Shown: piece after piece, positions 15,583-22,795 of the stretch
Numbering within the stretch: the stretch's first letter is position 1
Layout: the number at the start of each line of letters is the position of its first letter
From: Methanobacteriota archaeon
GTDB taxonomy: Archaea > Thermoplasmatota > DTKX01 > GCA-020343715
Reading direction: 5' to 3'
Assembly (NCBI GenBank): GCA_030597775.1
Contig: JAUVRF010000001.1
Span: forward strand, 1-25,726
DNA length: 25,726 nucleotides
Translations under genes and position numbers: made by a program
The notes under the pieces: generated by a model
The model's database searches: none
What the model was told of the DNA's origin: nothing
What the model saw: only the letters and a program-made list of their open reading frames with translations

Positions 15583-17234
15583 CGGTCGCACCCCCCGACG
15601 CAGATGTCCACGGAGGCCACCGCCAAGGCCACGTCCTTCTCAGGGCACCCCAGGAGCAGGTCCTCGAGGGCAGCCACGTGGGCGAAGTCGGGTCCCCGCA
15701 GGCGCATCCTCCGGGGAATGTCCGTGCCATCCGAGACCACGTAGCAGAGCACCTCTCCCCGGGGACCCTCGACCACACCCAGGCCTCGACCCTTGGGAAC
15801 GGCCTCGGGCATGGAGGACCGCACACGGCCGCCCGACATCGACCTGGCAACCTGGGAGAGCGTCAGTGCCGAGGATGCCATCTCCAGCAACCGCAACTCC
15901 GTGCGCGCCATCGCGTCCCCAGACTCCCTGACCTGGACGGGCACCGTGTAGTCCAGGTACGAACGGCACCTCCCGTCCGCCCTGGCGTCCCGGGCAACCC
16001 CGGTCGCCCTCAACAAGGGGCCGGTCATCCCCCAGCCCCTCATGTCCTGCAGATGCACCGGTGCCAGTCCCTCCAATCGGCGGAACGGCGCCAGGGACTC
16101 GGCCTCCTGCACGTACTCCTTCACGGCGGCCTGCACGGTGCGTGAGAGGCGGATGATGCGTTCCGACCAGGGATCGGGAGCGTCCCGCACCACACCCCCC
16201 ACAACGATGGCATCCTGCACGAGCCGCTGTCCCGTGACGACCTGGGAAACGTCCATCACCAGTTCCCGGTCCGCCCACACCCGTGCCGCAGAGGCGACGC
16301 ATCCGAGGAGGTCCAGGGTCGTGGCATATGCCAACATGTGGTCCGCGATCCGCTCCATCTCCATCAGGGCCACCCGGATGGCGCGTCCCCGGGGTGGTAC
16401 CTCCTGGTGGCACAGACGCTCGACCGCCTCCGCGTAGGCCACCTGCCAGTGGACGGAGGACCGGACCGCCGCCCTGGCGACCAGGGGCATGACCTCCCTG
16501 TACGGTCGTTCCTGTGCCAGGCCCTCGACCCCGCGGTGCAGGTGACCGATGGACACCCGGGCCTTGGTCACCCTACCCTCGTTGGCCCGGACCTGGAGGT
16601 CCATCCGGCCGCCCATGGATGGATATGGCAGGTCCACGTGGACCAAGGACTCTCCCCCGGGTGCATCATCGCCAGGCGTCACCGTACCATCATCCGGGGC
16701 CACGGTGCGCTGTCGGGCCTCGTCCCGTCGAAGAGGATGGCCCACACCCCACCTGGGGAGAAGCAAGCGCCTCATGTCGTCGTGGCCCTCGAAGGGCACA
16801 CCGGACAGCTCCCAGGCCTCCCGCTCCAGCCAGTTGGCCGCCCTCCAATGCCTCGAGGCCGACGGCGCTCGGACCGACCCCCCGTCCTCCCTATCCGGGG
16901 GATACGAGGTGCAGAGCTCCAGGGTCGCCCCTCCGTCGAGACGGGTCACGTGATGGACCACCTCGAGTCCCTCCCCAAGGTCGGTCCGGTCCACCACGGT
17001 GATCGCCATCATCTCGTCCAGGCCCACCACGTCGTGCAGGGCGTCAAGGGCCTCCTCGTGAAGGTCGGGGATGCCCTCGGCCCTGACCAGATGGTCATCC
17101 ACCACCTCAACGGACCTCACCAGGTCGACTGCCAGGTCCCGGAGCCTCGTGGCCAGGTCGTCAACGTTCAGGGCCGACGATCCCGCAGCGGGCATTCCGA
17201 CGTCATCGGCCGCCTGCCCCTCCTCGCCGGTCAA
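15579..17234 (-). CDS. nuoCD: Fused NuoC-NuoD-like subunit, divergent
   Basis: NuoC part: A.W.EREAWEL.G..F.GH.D.RRLLLP......HPLR.D. NuoD part: IG.LHRG.E, AVE.L....VP.R...IR....E.ERIA.H, TG.R, GP.LRA.GV..D.R, EGPRGE, R.R.RGP.F, S.D....DR. TTG 17234 overlaps the nuoB stop and follows a GGAGG RBS. Confidence 0.9.
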   Translation of the reverse strand: MTGEEGQAADDVGMPAAGSSALNVDDLATRLRDLAVDLVRSVEVVDDHLVRAEGIPDLHEEALDALHDVVGLDEMMAITVVDRTDLGEGLEVVHHVTRLDGGATLELCTSYPPDREDGGSVRAPSASRHWRAANWLEREAWELSGVPFEGHDDMRRLLLPRWGVGHPLRRDEARQRTVAPDDGTVTPGDDAPGGESLVHVDLPYPSMGGRMDLQVRANEGRVTKARVSIGHLHRGVEGLAQERPYREVMPLVARAAVRSSVHWQVAYAEAVERLCHQEVPPRGRAIRVALMEMERIADHMLAYATTLDLLGCVASAARVWADRELVMDVSQVVTGQRLVQDAIVVGGVVRDAPDPWSERIIRLSRTVQAAVKEYVQEAESLAPFRRLEGLAPVHLQDMRGWGMTGPLLRATGVARDARADGRCRSYLDYTVPVQVRESGDAMARTELRLLEMASSALTLSQVARSMSGGRVRSSMPEAVPKGRGLGVVEGPRGEVLCYVVSDGTDIPRRMRLRGPDFAHVAALEDLLLGCPEKDVALAVASVDICVGGCDR

Positions 17235-17806
17235 AGCAACCCCCCCTCCTCCGGTGGCACGTGGAAGTACGGACCCCCGGTGTCCCGGACCCTCTCGGAG
17301 AGCTTGACCAGGCCAAGGAGCACGGCCTCGGCTGTGGGGGGGCATCCGGGCACGTAAACGTCCACGGGCACGACCTGGTCGACGCCCCCCAGAACGGCGT
17401 AACCACCGTTCCACACCCCGCCGCCAACGGCGCCGCTTCCCATGGCGCTGACCCATCGGGGCTCGCCCATGCGGGCCAACAGGTCCGGAAGCTCCATGCG
17501 TGCGATCCGGGTCATCGGACCGTCAACCAGGAGAACGTCGCACCCCTCGGGATCGTCCTGGAAGACCGCACCCAGGCCCTCTGGGTCCCAACGGGGCCCC
17601 CGGACGGAGAGCGACTGCAGCGAGCAGCATCCGATCCCCGCCGTCGCGGGCCAGAGGGATCTTGCCTGGGACCAGGAGAACGTCCCGCCCTTGACCCGCT
17701 CCATGGGTCTGTCCAGGCGAAGGGTACGGATCATGCGCCTACCCACAGAACCGCTCCACTCCACCAGGGCCCGGCTCCTTCCGAACCGGGGTCCGGGGTC
17801 GGTCAC
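17231..17806 (-). CDS. nuoB: NuoB-like Fe-S subunit, divergent
   Basis: W....SLWP.T.G..CC, D.L.V.G, M.EP.WV.AMGS.A..GG, Y.V..GVD.VVPVDVYVPGCPP. Start 17806 (GTGA overlap) or 17824. Confidence 0.9.
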   Translation of the reverse strand: MTDPGPRFGRSRALVEWSGSVGRRMIRTLRLDRPMERVKGGTFSWSQARSLWPATAGIGCCSLQSLSVRGPRWDPEGLGAVFQDDPEGCDVLLVDGPMTRIARMELPDLLARMGEPRWVSAMGSGAVGGGVWNGGYAVLGGVDQVVPVDVYVPGCPPTAEAVLLGLVKLSERVRDTGGPYFHVPPEEGGLL

Positions 17807-18165
17807 CTGCGCACCCCCACCCACGTGGGCATTGCATATCCGACGGATACCAGCAGGGCCGCGAAGGCCAGGACGAAGGTGCTCACGGGCAGGTCGTCCA
17901 GCAGGGGTACCCCATCAACGATATCGGGCAACATCAATGCGATGAGCAGGGACGCGCCGATGACCGCCAGGAAGGAACCGGCTATCACGCGCCCCGTGTG
18001 GGCCTCCGGCCGTCTGCCCGGCGGGGGGCCGCGACCGGCCTCCCTGGCCACGGACCGTTCCGGATGGCCAGTGGACGTCAGCAATGAGGTCCATGGAACT
18101 AGTAGACCTATCAGCAGACCCACTAAGAGGGTCATCACAAGCACCGCCAGCTCCGCCTCTCCCAT
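17803..18165 (-). CDS. Probable highly degenerate NuoA (ND3)-like 3-TM subunit
   Basis: 120 aa, TM1, a 30-aa loop, TM2, TM3. By-eye alignment: REAG for YE[CS]G, IALMLP for VAFLWP, LVSVGYAMPTW for LFVGFLYEW. It occupies the canonical nuoA position directly before nuoB with an overlapping stop. Confidence 0.6.
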   Translation of the reverse strand: MGEAELAVLVMTLLVGLLIGLLVPWTSLLTSTGHPERSVAREAGRGPPPGRRPEAHTGRVIAGSFLAVIGASLLIALMLPDIVDGVPLLDDLPVSTFVLAFAALLVSVGYAMPTWVGVRR

Positions 18166-18220
18166 CGTGTCGCAGGATGGCCCTCAGCGGTATTGAACGT
18201 TTCCCGGGGGAGGCGTGGAT

Positions 18221-18230
18221 TTGATATAAT
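18221..18230 (+). promoter_or_regulatory. TATA-like element for the rhomboid gene
   Basis: TTGATATAAT about 20 nt upstream of GTG 18251, suggesting a near-leaderless transcript. Confidence 0.45.
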
Positions 18231-18250
18231 GTCGCACCCCTCTCGGGACC

Positions 18251-19216
18251 GTGGTTCTGCTCAACCCAGCCTCCGCTTACGTCATCGCCGCCATACTGTG
18301 CGTCATCGTAGGCACGTACATCATCGCGATATGGCGGAAGATGTCCTTCACGGCGGCCACCGTGATCGCCAACATCGTCATCTTCATCATCTACATGGCC
18401 CCAATGAACGACGACATCTTCAGGGACGTCGTGACGACCCTGGGGTTCAACAACTCGTCGCTTCAGACGGGAGAGCAGCTCTGGGGAATGTTCACCCACA
18501 TGTACATCCATGCCAGCTTCCTCCACGTGTTCTTCAATATGTTCATCCTCTTCATCATGGGCATTCACTTCGAGGATCGGGTGGGCTTCAAGTGGATGGC
18601 CATCGTGTACTGGGGAACGGGCGTCCTTGGTGGAGGTCTGGTGGCCGGGTTCCTCACCCTGCCAGATATTGTCATCGGGATCGGCGCCTCGGGCGCCATT
18701 TCCGGGGTACTGGGCGCCTTCGCCATCATGTACCCCAGGGATCGTGTCCCGATGGTCATCATCTTCATCATCCTGCCCCGGGTCCAGGTTGCCCTGGGAG
18801 CCCTGGTGTTCATCCTCTTCCAGACCTTCCTGTTGCTCTTCGCCGTGCAGTTGCCTGGCATGGGGAACGTCAATTACCTCGCCCACTTGACCGGGGCCAG
18901 GGTGGGGGTGGCGTTCGGTTACATCATGATGAAGAAGGGGGTGGAGGCGCCAAAGCCAGGGGCCAAGCTGGGACGGAAGCTGGACAACCTGGACTACTCC
19001 CCCCTGGGCGAGCTCGCCTACCACCCCGCCAACAAGGAGAGGTACGAGGCCCTCCTCAAGGAGGACATACCCGAGGTGAAGGAGGTCCTCCTGGAGGACC
19101 TGGTCTCCCGCCTCCGATGCCCCGATTGCTCCTCGATACTGACATTGAAGGGTACAACGGTCCGTTGCGAGGGATGCGCCTGGAAGGCCGACCTGCGGAA
19201 GGGCAGGGCCGGCTAG
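18251..19216 (+). CDS. Rhomboid intramembrane serine protease with a C-terminal Zn-ribbon extension
   Basis: FTHM..HA..LH.FFNM..L..MG..FE..G, IGASGAISG.LG (catalytic Ser), AHL.G (catalytic His), then CPDC-x12-CEGC. Confidence 0.93.
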   Translation: MVLLNPASAYVIAAILCVIVGTYIIAIWRKMSFTAATVIANIVIFIIYMAPMNDDIFRDVVTTLGFNNSSLQTGEQLWGMFTHMYIHASFLHVFFNMFILFIMGIHFEDRVGFKWMAIVYWGTGVLGGGLVAGFLTLPDIVIGIGASGAISGVLGAFAIMYPRDRVPMVIIFIILPRVQVALGALVFILFQTFLLLFAVQLPGMGNVNYLAHLTGARVGVAFGYIMMKKGVEAPKPGAKLGRKLDNLDYSPLGELAYHPANKERYEALLKEDIPEVKEVLLEDLVSRLRCPDCSSILTLKGTTVRCEGCAWKADLRKGRAG

Positions 19217-19230
19217 TCAAGGACCCGACC

Positions 19231-19243
19231 TTAAGGTATATTA
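19231..19243 (+). promoter_or_regulatory. TATA-like element for the DUF368 gene
   Basis: TTAAGGTATATTA, an AT-rich island 13-25 nt upstream of ATG 19256. Confidence 0.4.
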
Positions 19244-19255
19244 CCGGAGAGATGG

Positions 19256-20176
19256 ATGGACCGGTCAGGCGAGGTGTTCCTCATCGCATCGCGAGAATCC
19301 ATCGTCATCTTTCTAAAAGGATTCCTGATGGGCAGTGCAGACGTTGTGCCCGGTGTCTCGGGCGGCACGATGGCCCTCATCACGGGGATATACGAGAGGT
19401 TCATCTCCGCACTCCGCAGCGTCAACTTCAACTTTATCGTCCGGCTCTTCAAGAAGGACCGTGAGGGCGCCAAGGAGAGCTGGGCGGCAATAGATCGGCC
19501 CGTCCTCATCCCGCGGGTGCTGGGCATCGTCAGCGCTATACTGGTCGGCGCGAGGGTCGTTGTCCACGTCCTGGATAACTATCCTGGGCCCACCTACGCC
19601 TTCTTCTTCGGCCTCATACTGGCCTCGGCGGGGTTCGTATCAAAGTACGTCGAGCGACTGGACGCCAGGCACATCCTGTTGGGAGTGCTCGGTTTCGTCA
19701 TAGTCTTCTACATCACGGGCATGGACGAGATCATCAGCAACCACTCCCTCCCGATCATCTTCCTCGCAGGCGCCATCGCCGTGAGCGCCATGATCCTCCC
19801 CGGCATATCCGGTTCCCTGATGCTCCTGATCATGGGACAGTACGATTACATCCTCAACGCCCTGAACACCTGGGACATGAAGGTCCTCATCACCTTCGGG
19901 GCCGGAGCGATGACGGGCATCCTACTCTTCGCACGCCTGCTCAGCTACCTGCTCGAGCACTGGAAGTCCCTGACAATGGCCGTCCTCTTCGGGAGCATGC
20001 TGGGAGCGCTGCGGCTTCCAGCGGAGATGATCCACGAGACCCTCGACTATACCTCCATCAGCAGCGTCTTGGCCATCGTCGTCGTCGCTGCCATAGGCTT
20101 CTTCTTGGTGCTGTTACTGGAGAGGAAATCGGCCGAGATAGAGAGGAAGCTCGGTCTCGAAGAGGGCGACGCCTGA
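19256..20176 (+). CDS. DUF368 family membrane protein (polyprenyl-phosphate translocase family)
   Basis: GFLMG.AD.VPGVSGGT.ALI.GIYE..I.AL and the internal repeat A..AMILPGISGS..LLI.G.Y. Confidence 0.93.
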   Translation: MDRSGEVFLIASRESIVIFLKGFLMGSADVVPGVSGGTMALITGIYERFISALRSVNFNFIVRLFKKDREGAKESWAAIDRPVLIPRVLGIVSAILVGARVVVHVLDNYPGPTYAFFFGLILASAGFVSKYVERLDARHILLGVLGFVIVFYITGMDEIISNHSLPIIFLAGAIAVSAMILPGISGSLMLLIMGQYDYILNALNTWDMKVLITFGAGAMTGILLFARLLSYLLEHWKSLTMAVLFGSMLGALRLPAEMIHETLDYTSISSVLAIVVVAAIGFFLVLLLERKSAEIERKLGLEEGDA

Positions 20177-20206
20177 GCCTGAGCCGTATCCACACGGGAA
20201 CGACGT

Positions 20207-21184
20207 TCAGTCAACGAGGTTCCCATCGATGATGATGTCGCGGGTCTGTCCGTCCTGGAACTCGATGGAGAGGGTCGGCTTGAGGACGTGGAAGTCCCGA
20301 TGGGTTCTGGAACCGTTCTTCCCGCCCATCTCGATGTTGTTGCCGAAGGCCACGTGGACCGTCCCCACGGCCTTCTCGTCCTCCAGTATGTTCCCGATGA
20401 TCCGGGCCTCCGGGTTGATGCCTATACCCAGCTCCCCGATGATGGAGGCCTCGTCATCGATCGACGTCAGCTCCTCGATGCGGTCTATCAGCTTCCGGTC
20501 GTCTCCCCGGATCGACGTGAGCTTGCCCGCGACCACCTCGATGGTCACGGGGGAAGGTACCGTTCCCAGGTCGCCGATGGTCGAATCGCACACCAGGGTG
20601 CCCTGGACCTCGGCCTCCAAGGGTGCCACCCGGACCTCACCGTTCGGGAGGTTGCCGAAGGCTCCCTGCCCGATCCTGACGTCGGTCTCGAACACCCGGC
20701 CCCGGGTCGTGAACCAGATGTCGGCACCCGCAGGGCTGGTGAGGTGGGCCCTCACCGCTCCGGCGAGTCGTTCCACCAAGCCATCACCCATGGCGGCGAG
20801 CTTCTGGAAGTCGACGCGCATCGCGCCCTCAATCATCATATCATCCGAGATGCCAGGACCGTGACCCGTTCGCAGTCCCGCCTTGGCCGCGGTCTGCAGC
20901 AGCTCGACCCTGAAGGGGGTCTCCTCCGGGTATCCTACGAAGACGGAGACCATCACGTCCGCGCCCTCGAGGGCCCTGCGGAGTTCCTTGGGGAGTCCGT
21001 CCAGGGGCCTCTCGCTGTCCTCCAGCACGAAGAGGCGGCCCTCAAGGTTCAATCTGTCACCCGCCTCGTAGAAGGCATTGCCGATCTCGATGCGCTGCTC
21101 GTCGGTCACGATCAGCAGGTGCTCGCCTTCCTTGGCACCGAGAACGTGGGTCAGGGCGTTGCGTGCGACCTCCCTCATGACCAT
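20207..21184 (-). CDS. M29-like (thermophilic metallo-) aminopeptidase
   Basis: GE..LIVTD, NLP.GEV..AP, G..V.D, IGELGIG.NP.A...G.ILEDEK..GTVH.AFG.N..MGG...S..H.D. Confidence 0.85.
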   Translation of the reverse strand: MVMREVARNALTHVLGAKEGEHLLIVTDEQRIEIGNAFYEAGDRLNLEGRLFVLEDSERPLDGLPKELRRALEGADVMVSVFVGYPEETPFRVELLQTAAKAGLRTGHGPGISDDMMIEGAMRVDFQKLAAMGDGLVERLAGAVRAHLTSPAGADIWFTTRGRVFETDVRIGQGAFGNLPNGEVRVAPLEAEVQGTLVCDSTIGDLGTVPSPVTIEVVAGKLTSIRGDDRKLIDRIEELTSIDDEASIIGELGIGINPEARIIGNILEDEKAVGTVHVAFGNNIEMGGKNGSRTHRDFHVLKPTLSIEFQDGQTRDIIIDGNLVD

Positions 21185-21217
21185 GTGACCACCGGGCGAT
21201 TAAGTGCCGAGGGGTCG

Positions 21218-21223
21218 TATAAA
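21218..21223 (+). promoter_or_regulatory. TATA box candidate for the hypothetical-tyrS-tgtA operon
   Basis: TATAAA in the divergent intergenic region, 54 nt upstream of ATG 21277. Confidence 0.4.
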
Positions 21224-21276
21224 CCTTCCGCAGGTTGCTCACAAACCTCATTACCCCTCCCCGCCATACACTGGCC

Positions 21277-21684
21277 ATGGCGCGACCGGCGGACATTGCC
21301 AAGAAGGCGACGGCTGCGTACTACGGCCTCTCAGCGGACCCCAAGCGCGTACCGAAGGGCTGGGAGATCGAGTACCTGCGACAGCATTCCCTGATACCGA
21401 AGGAGAACGAGTTCCTGGTGAGGCTGGACACCCTCATCAATGCCAAGTGGTCGGACAACATCGGCAACATTTCCCGCACCGCCCGCATGTCCGACCTGGA
21501 CTTCATCGTCTACGCCAACGAGCTGCTGGAGGAGGGGGGTCTGCCCCTGGTCAAGCCGGGGGACGAACGGATAAGCCAGTGGAGGGCGTACGTCGCATCC
21601 AAGGACGACGCACTGGTGCTGGTACGCGTGTCCAAGGGAACGGAGCAGAAATTGCTCCTCGTGAACACCACCATCACGCAGTGA
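21277..21684 (+). CDS. Hypothetical protein (135 aa), family not recognised
   Basis: Strong GC3 coding bias from MARPADIAKK onward; ends 18 nt before tyrS. Confidence 0.75.
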   Translation: MARPADIAKKATAAYYGLSADPKRVPKGWEIEYLRQHSLIPKENEFLVRLDTLINAKWSDNIGNISRTARMSDLDFIVYANELLEEGGLPLVKPGDERISQWRAYVASKDDALVLVRVSKGTEQKLLLVNTTITQ

Positions 21685-21702
21685 CCACCGCACCCCTCTT
21701 TT

Positions 21703-22779
21703 ATGGCCTCGGCCCTTTCGCAGCCGGTGAGCCCGGTGACCGAGACTCCCGCCGAGGAGCTGATGGAGAGCCTGCAGGAGGTCGTCCTGCCCGAAGAGCT
21801 AGAGAGGGTGCTGTCCCGAGAGGGCCCCACCGGCTACATCGGTATCGAGCCCTCCGGCCTCCTGACCACGGCCCAGGCGTTCCAGATTGTCCGCACCGTC
21901 ACCCTCCTCCAGAGGTCGGGTGTGCACATGACCATCCTCTTGGCGGACTGGCACGCCTACATCAACGACAAGCTGGAGACCGACCTTCCTCGCATCAAGC
22001 GATGCGGCGTGTACCTCCAGGCGGTCTTCGAGACCATGGGCGTGGACCCCGAGATGGCCAGGTACGTGTGGGCATCCGACTTCGCGAAGGACGATGAGTA
22101 CTGGGAACTCGTTGTCCGTACCCTCAAGGCCTCCACCCTGAACCGCATCAAGCGCACCCTCACGATCATGGGACGCGAGGAGGACGAGTCGGAGCTGGAC
22201 GCTTCCAAGATCATCTATCCCGCCATGCAGGTCGCCGACATCTACTACCTGGACGTGGACATCGCCCTGGGAGGCATGGACCAGCGGAAGGCCCACATGC
22301 TCTGCCGCGACGTTGCGAGCAAGGTGGGCAAGCCCGTCAAGTCACCGGTGGCCATCCACTTCGCACTCCTGCCCGCCCTGACGGGCGGTTCGGTCAAGGA
22401 CGACCCGGTGGCCGCCAAGATGTCCAAGTCCAAGCCGGACTCCGCCCTGCTCATCCACGACACTCCCGAGGACATCGAGCGGAAGATGAAGAAGGCCTAC
22501 TGCCCGGCCGGTGAGCTGGACGACAATCCCGTCACCGAGCTGTGCAGGCTCATCATCATGCCACACATGGGAGAGCTGACCATCGATCGTCCCGAGAAGT
22601 GGGGCGGTGACATGCACTTCACCTCCTACGACATGCTGGCCGAGAGCTTCGAGTCGGGCCAGCTCCACCCAGCCGACCTGAAGACGGCGGTGGCCGAGGC
22701 CCTGGCCAAGCTCCAGAGACCGGTGCGCGAGCGCTTCGAGAAGGACCCGATCCACGAGGAGTTCGTGGTCGTGCAGTAG
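21703..22779 (+). CDS. tyrS: Tyrosine--tRNA ligase, archaeal type
   Basis: YIG.EPSG, ILLADWHAYINDK, SK.IYP.MQVADI..L.VD.A.GGMDQRKAHML.RD, KMSKS. The HIGH motif is atypical (TTAQ). Confidence 0.96.
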   Translation: MASALSQPVSPVTETPAEELMESLQEVVLPEELERVLSREGPTGYIGIEPSGLLTTAQAFQIVRTVTLLQRSGVHMTILLADWHAYINDKLETDLPRIKRCGVYLQAVFETMGVDPEMARYVWASDFAKDDEYWELVVRTLKASTLNRIKRTLTIMGREEDESELDASKIIYPAMQVADIYYLDVDIALGGMDQRKAHMLCRDVASKVGKPVKSPVAIHFALLPALTGGSVKDDPVAAKMSKSKPDSALLIHDTPEDIERKMKKAYCPAGELDDNPVTELCRLIIMPHMGELTIDRPEKWGGDMHFTSYDMLAESFESGQLHPADLKTAVAEALAKLQRPVRERFEKDPIHEEFVVVQ

Positions 22780-22795
22780 GTCGACGGGTGGTGCT

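Noticed and set aside
15579-15610. C-terminal DICVGGCDR suggesting a group 4 [NiFe]-hydrogenase large subunit
   Set aside because: The spacing is Cx3C rather than the DPCxxC pattern, and the N-terminal RxCGxC motif is absent (ARAAVRS). There is no NiFe site and no maturation genes nearby.
14084-15850. 588-aa ORF overlapping nuoH and the end of nuoCD
   Set aside because: Only the last 157 codons resemble NuoI, and they have their own ATG and RBS at 14557. The rest is a stop-free alternative frame in GC-rich DNA. The same applies to the 5' extension of 15579..17456.
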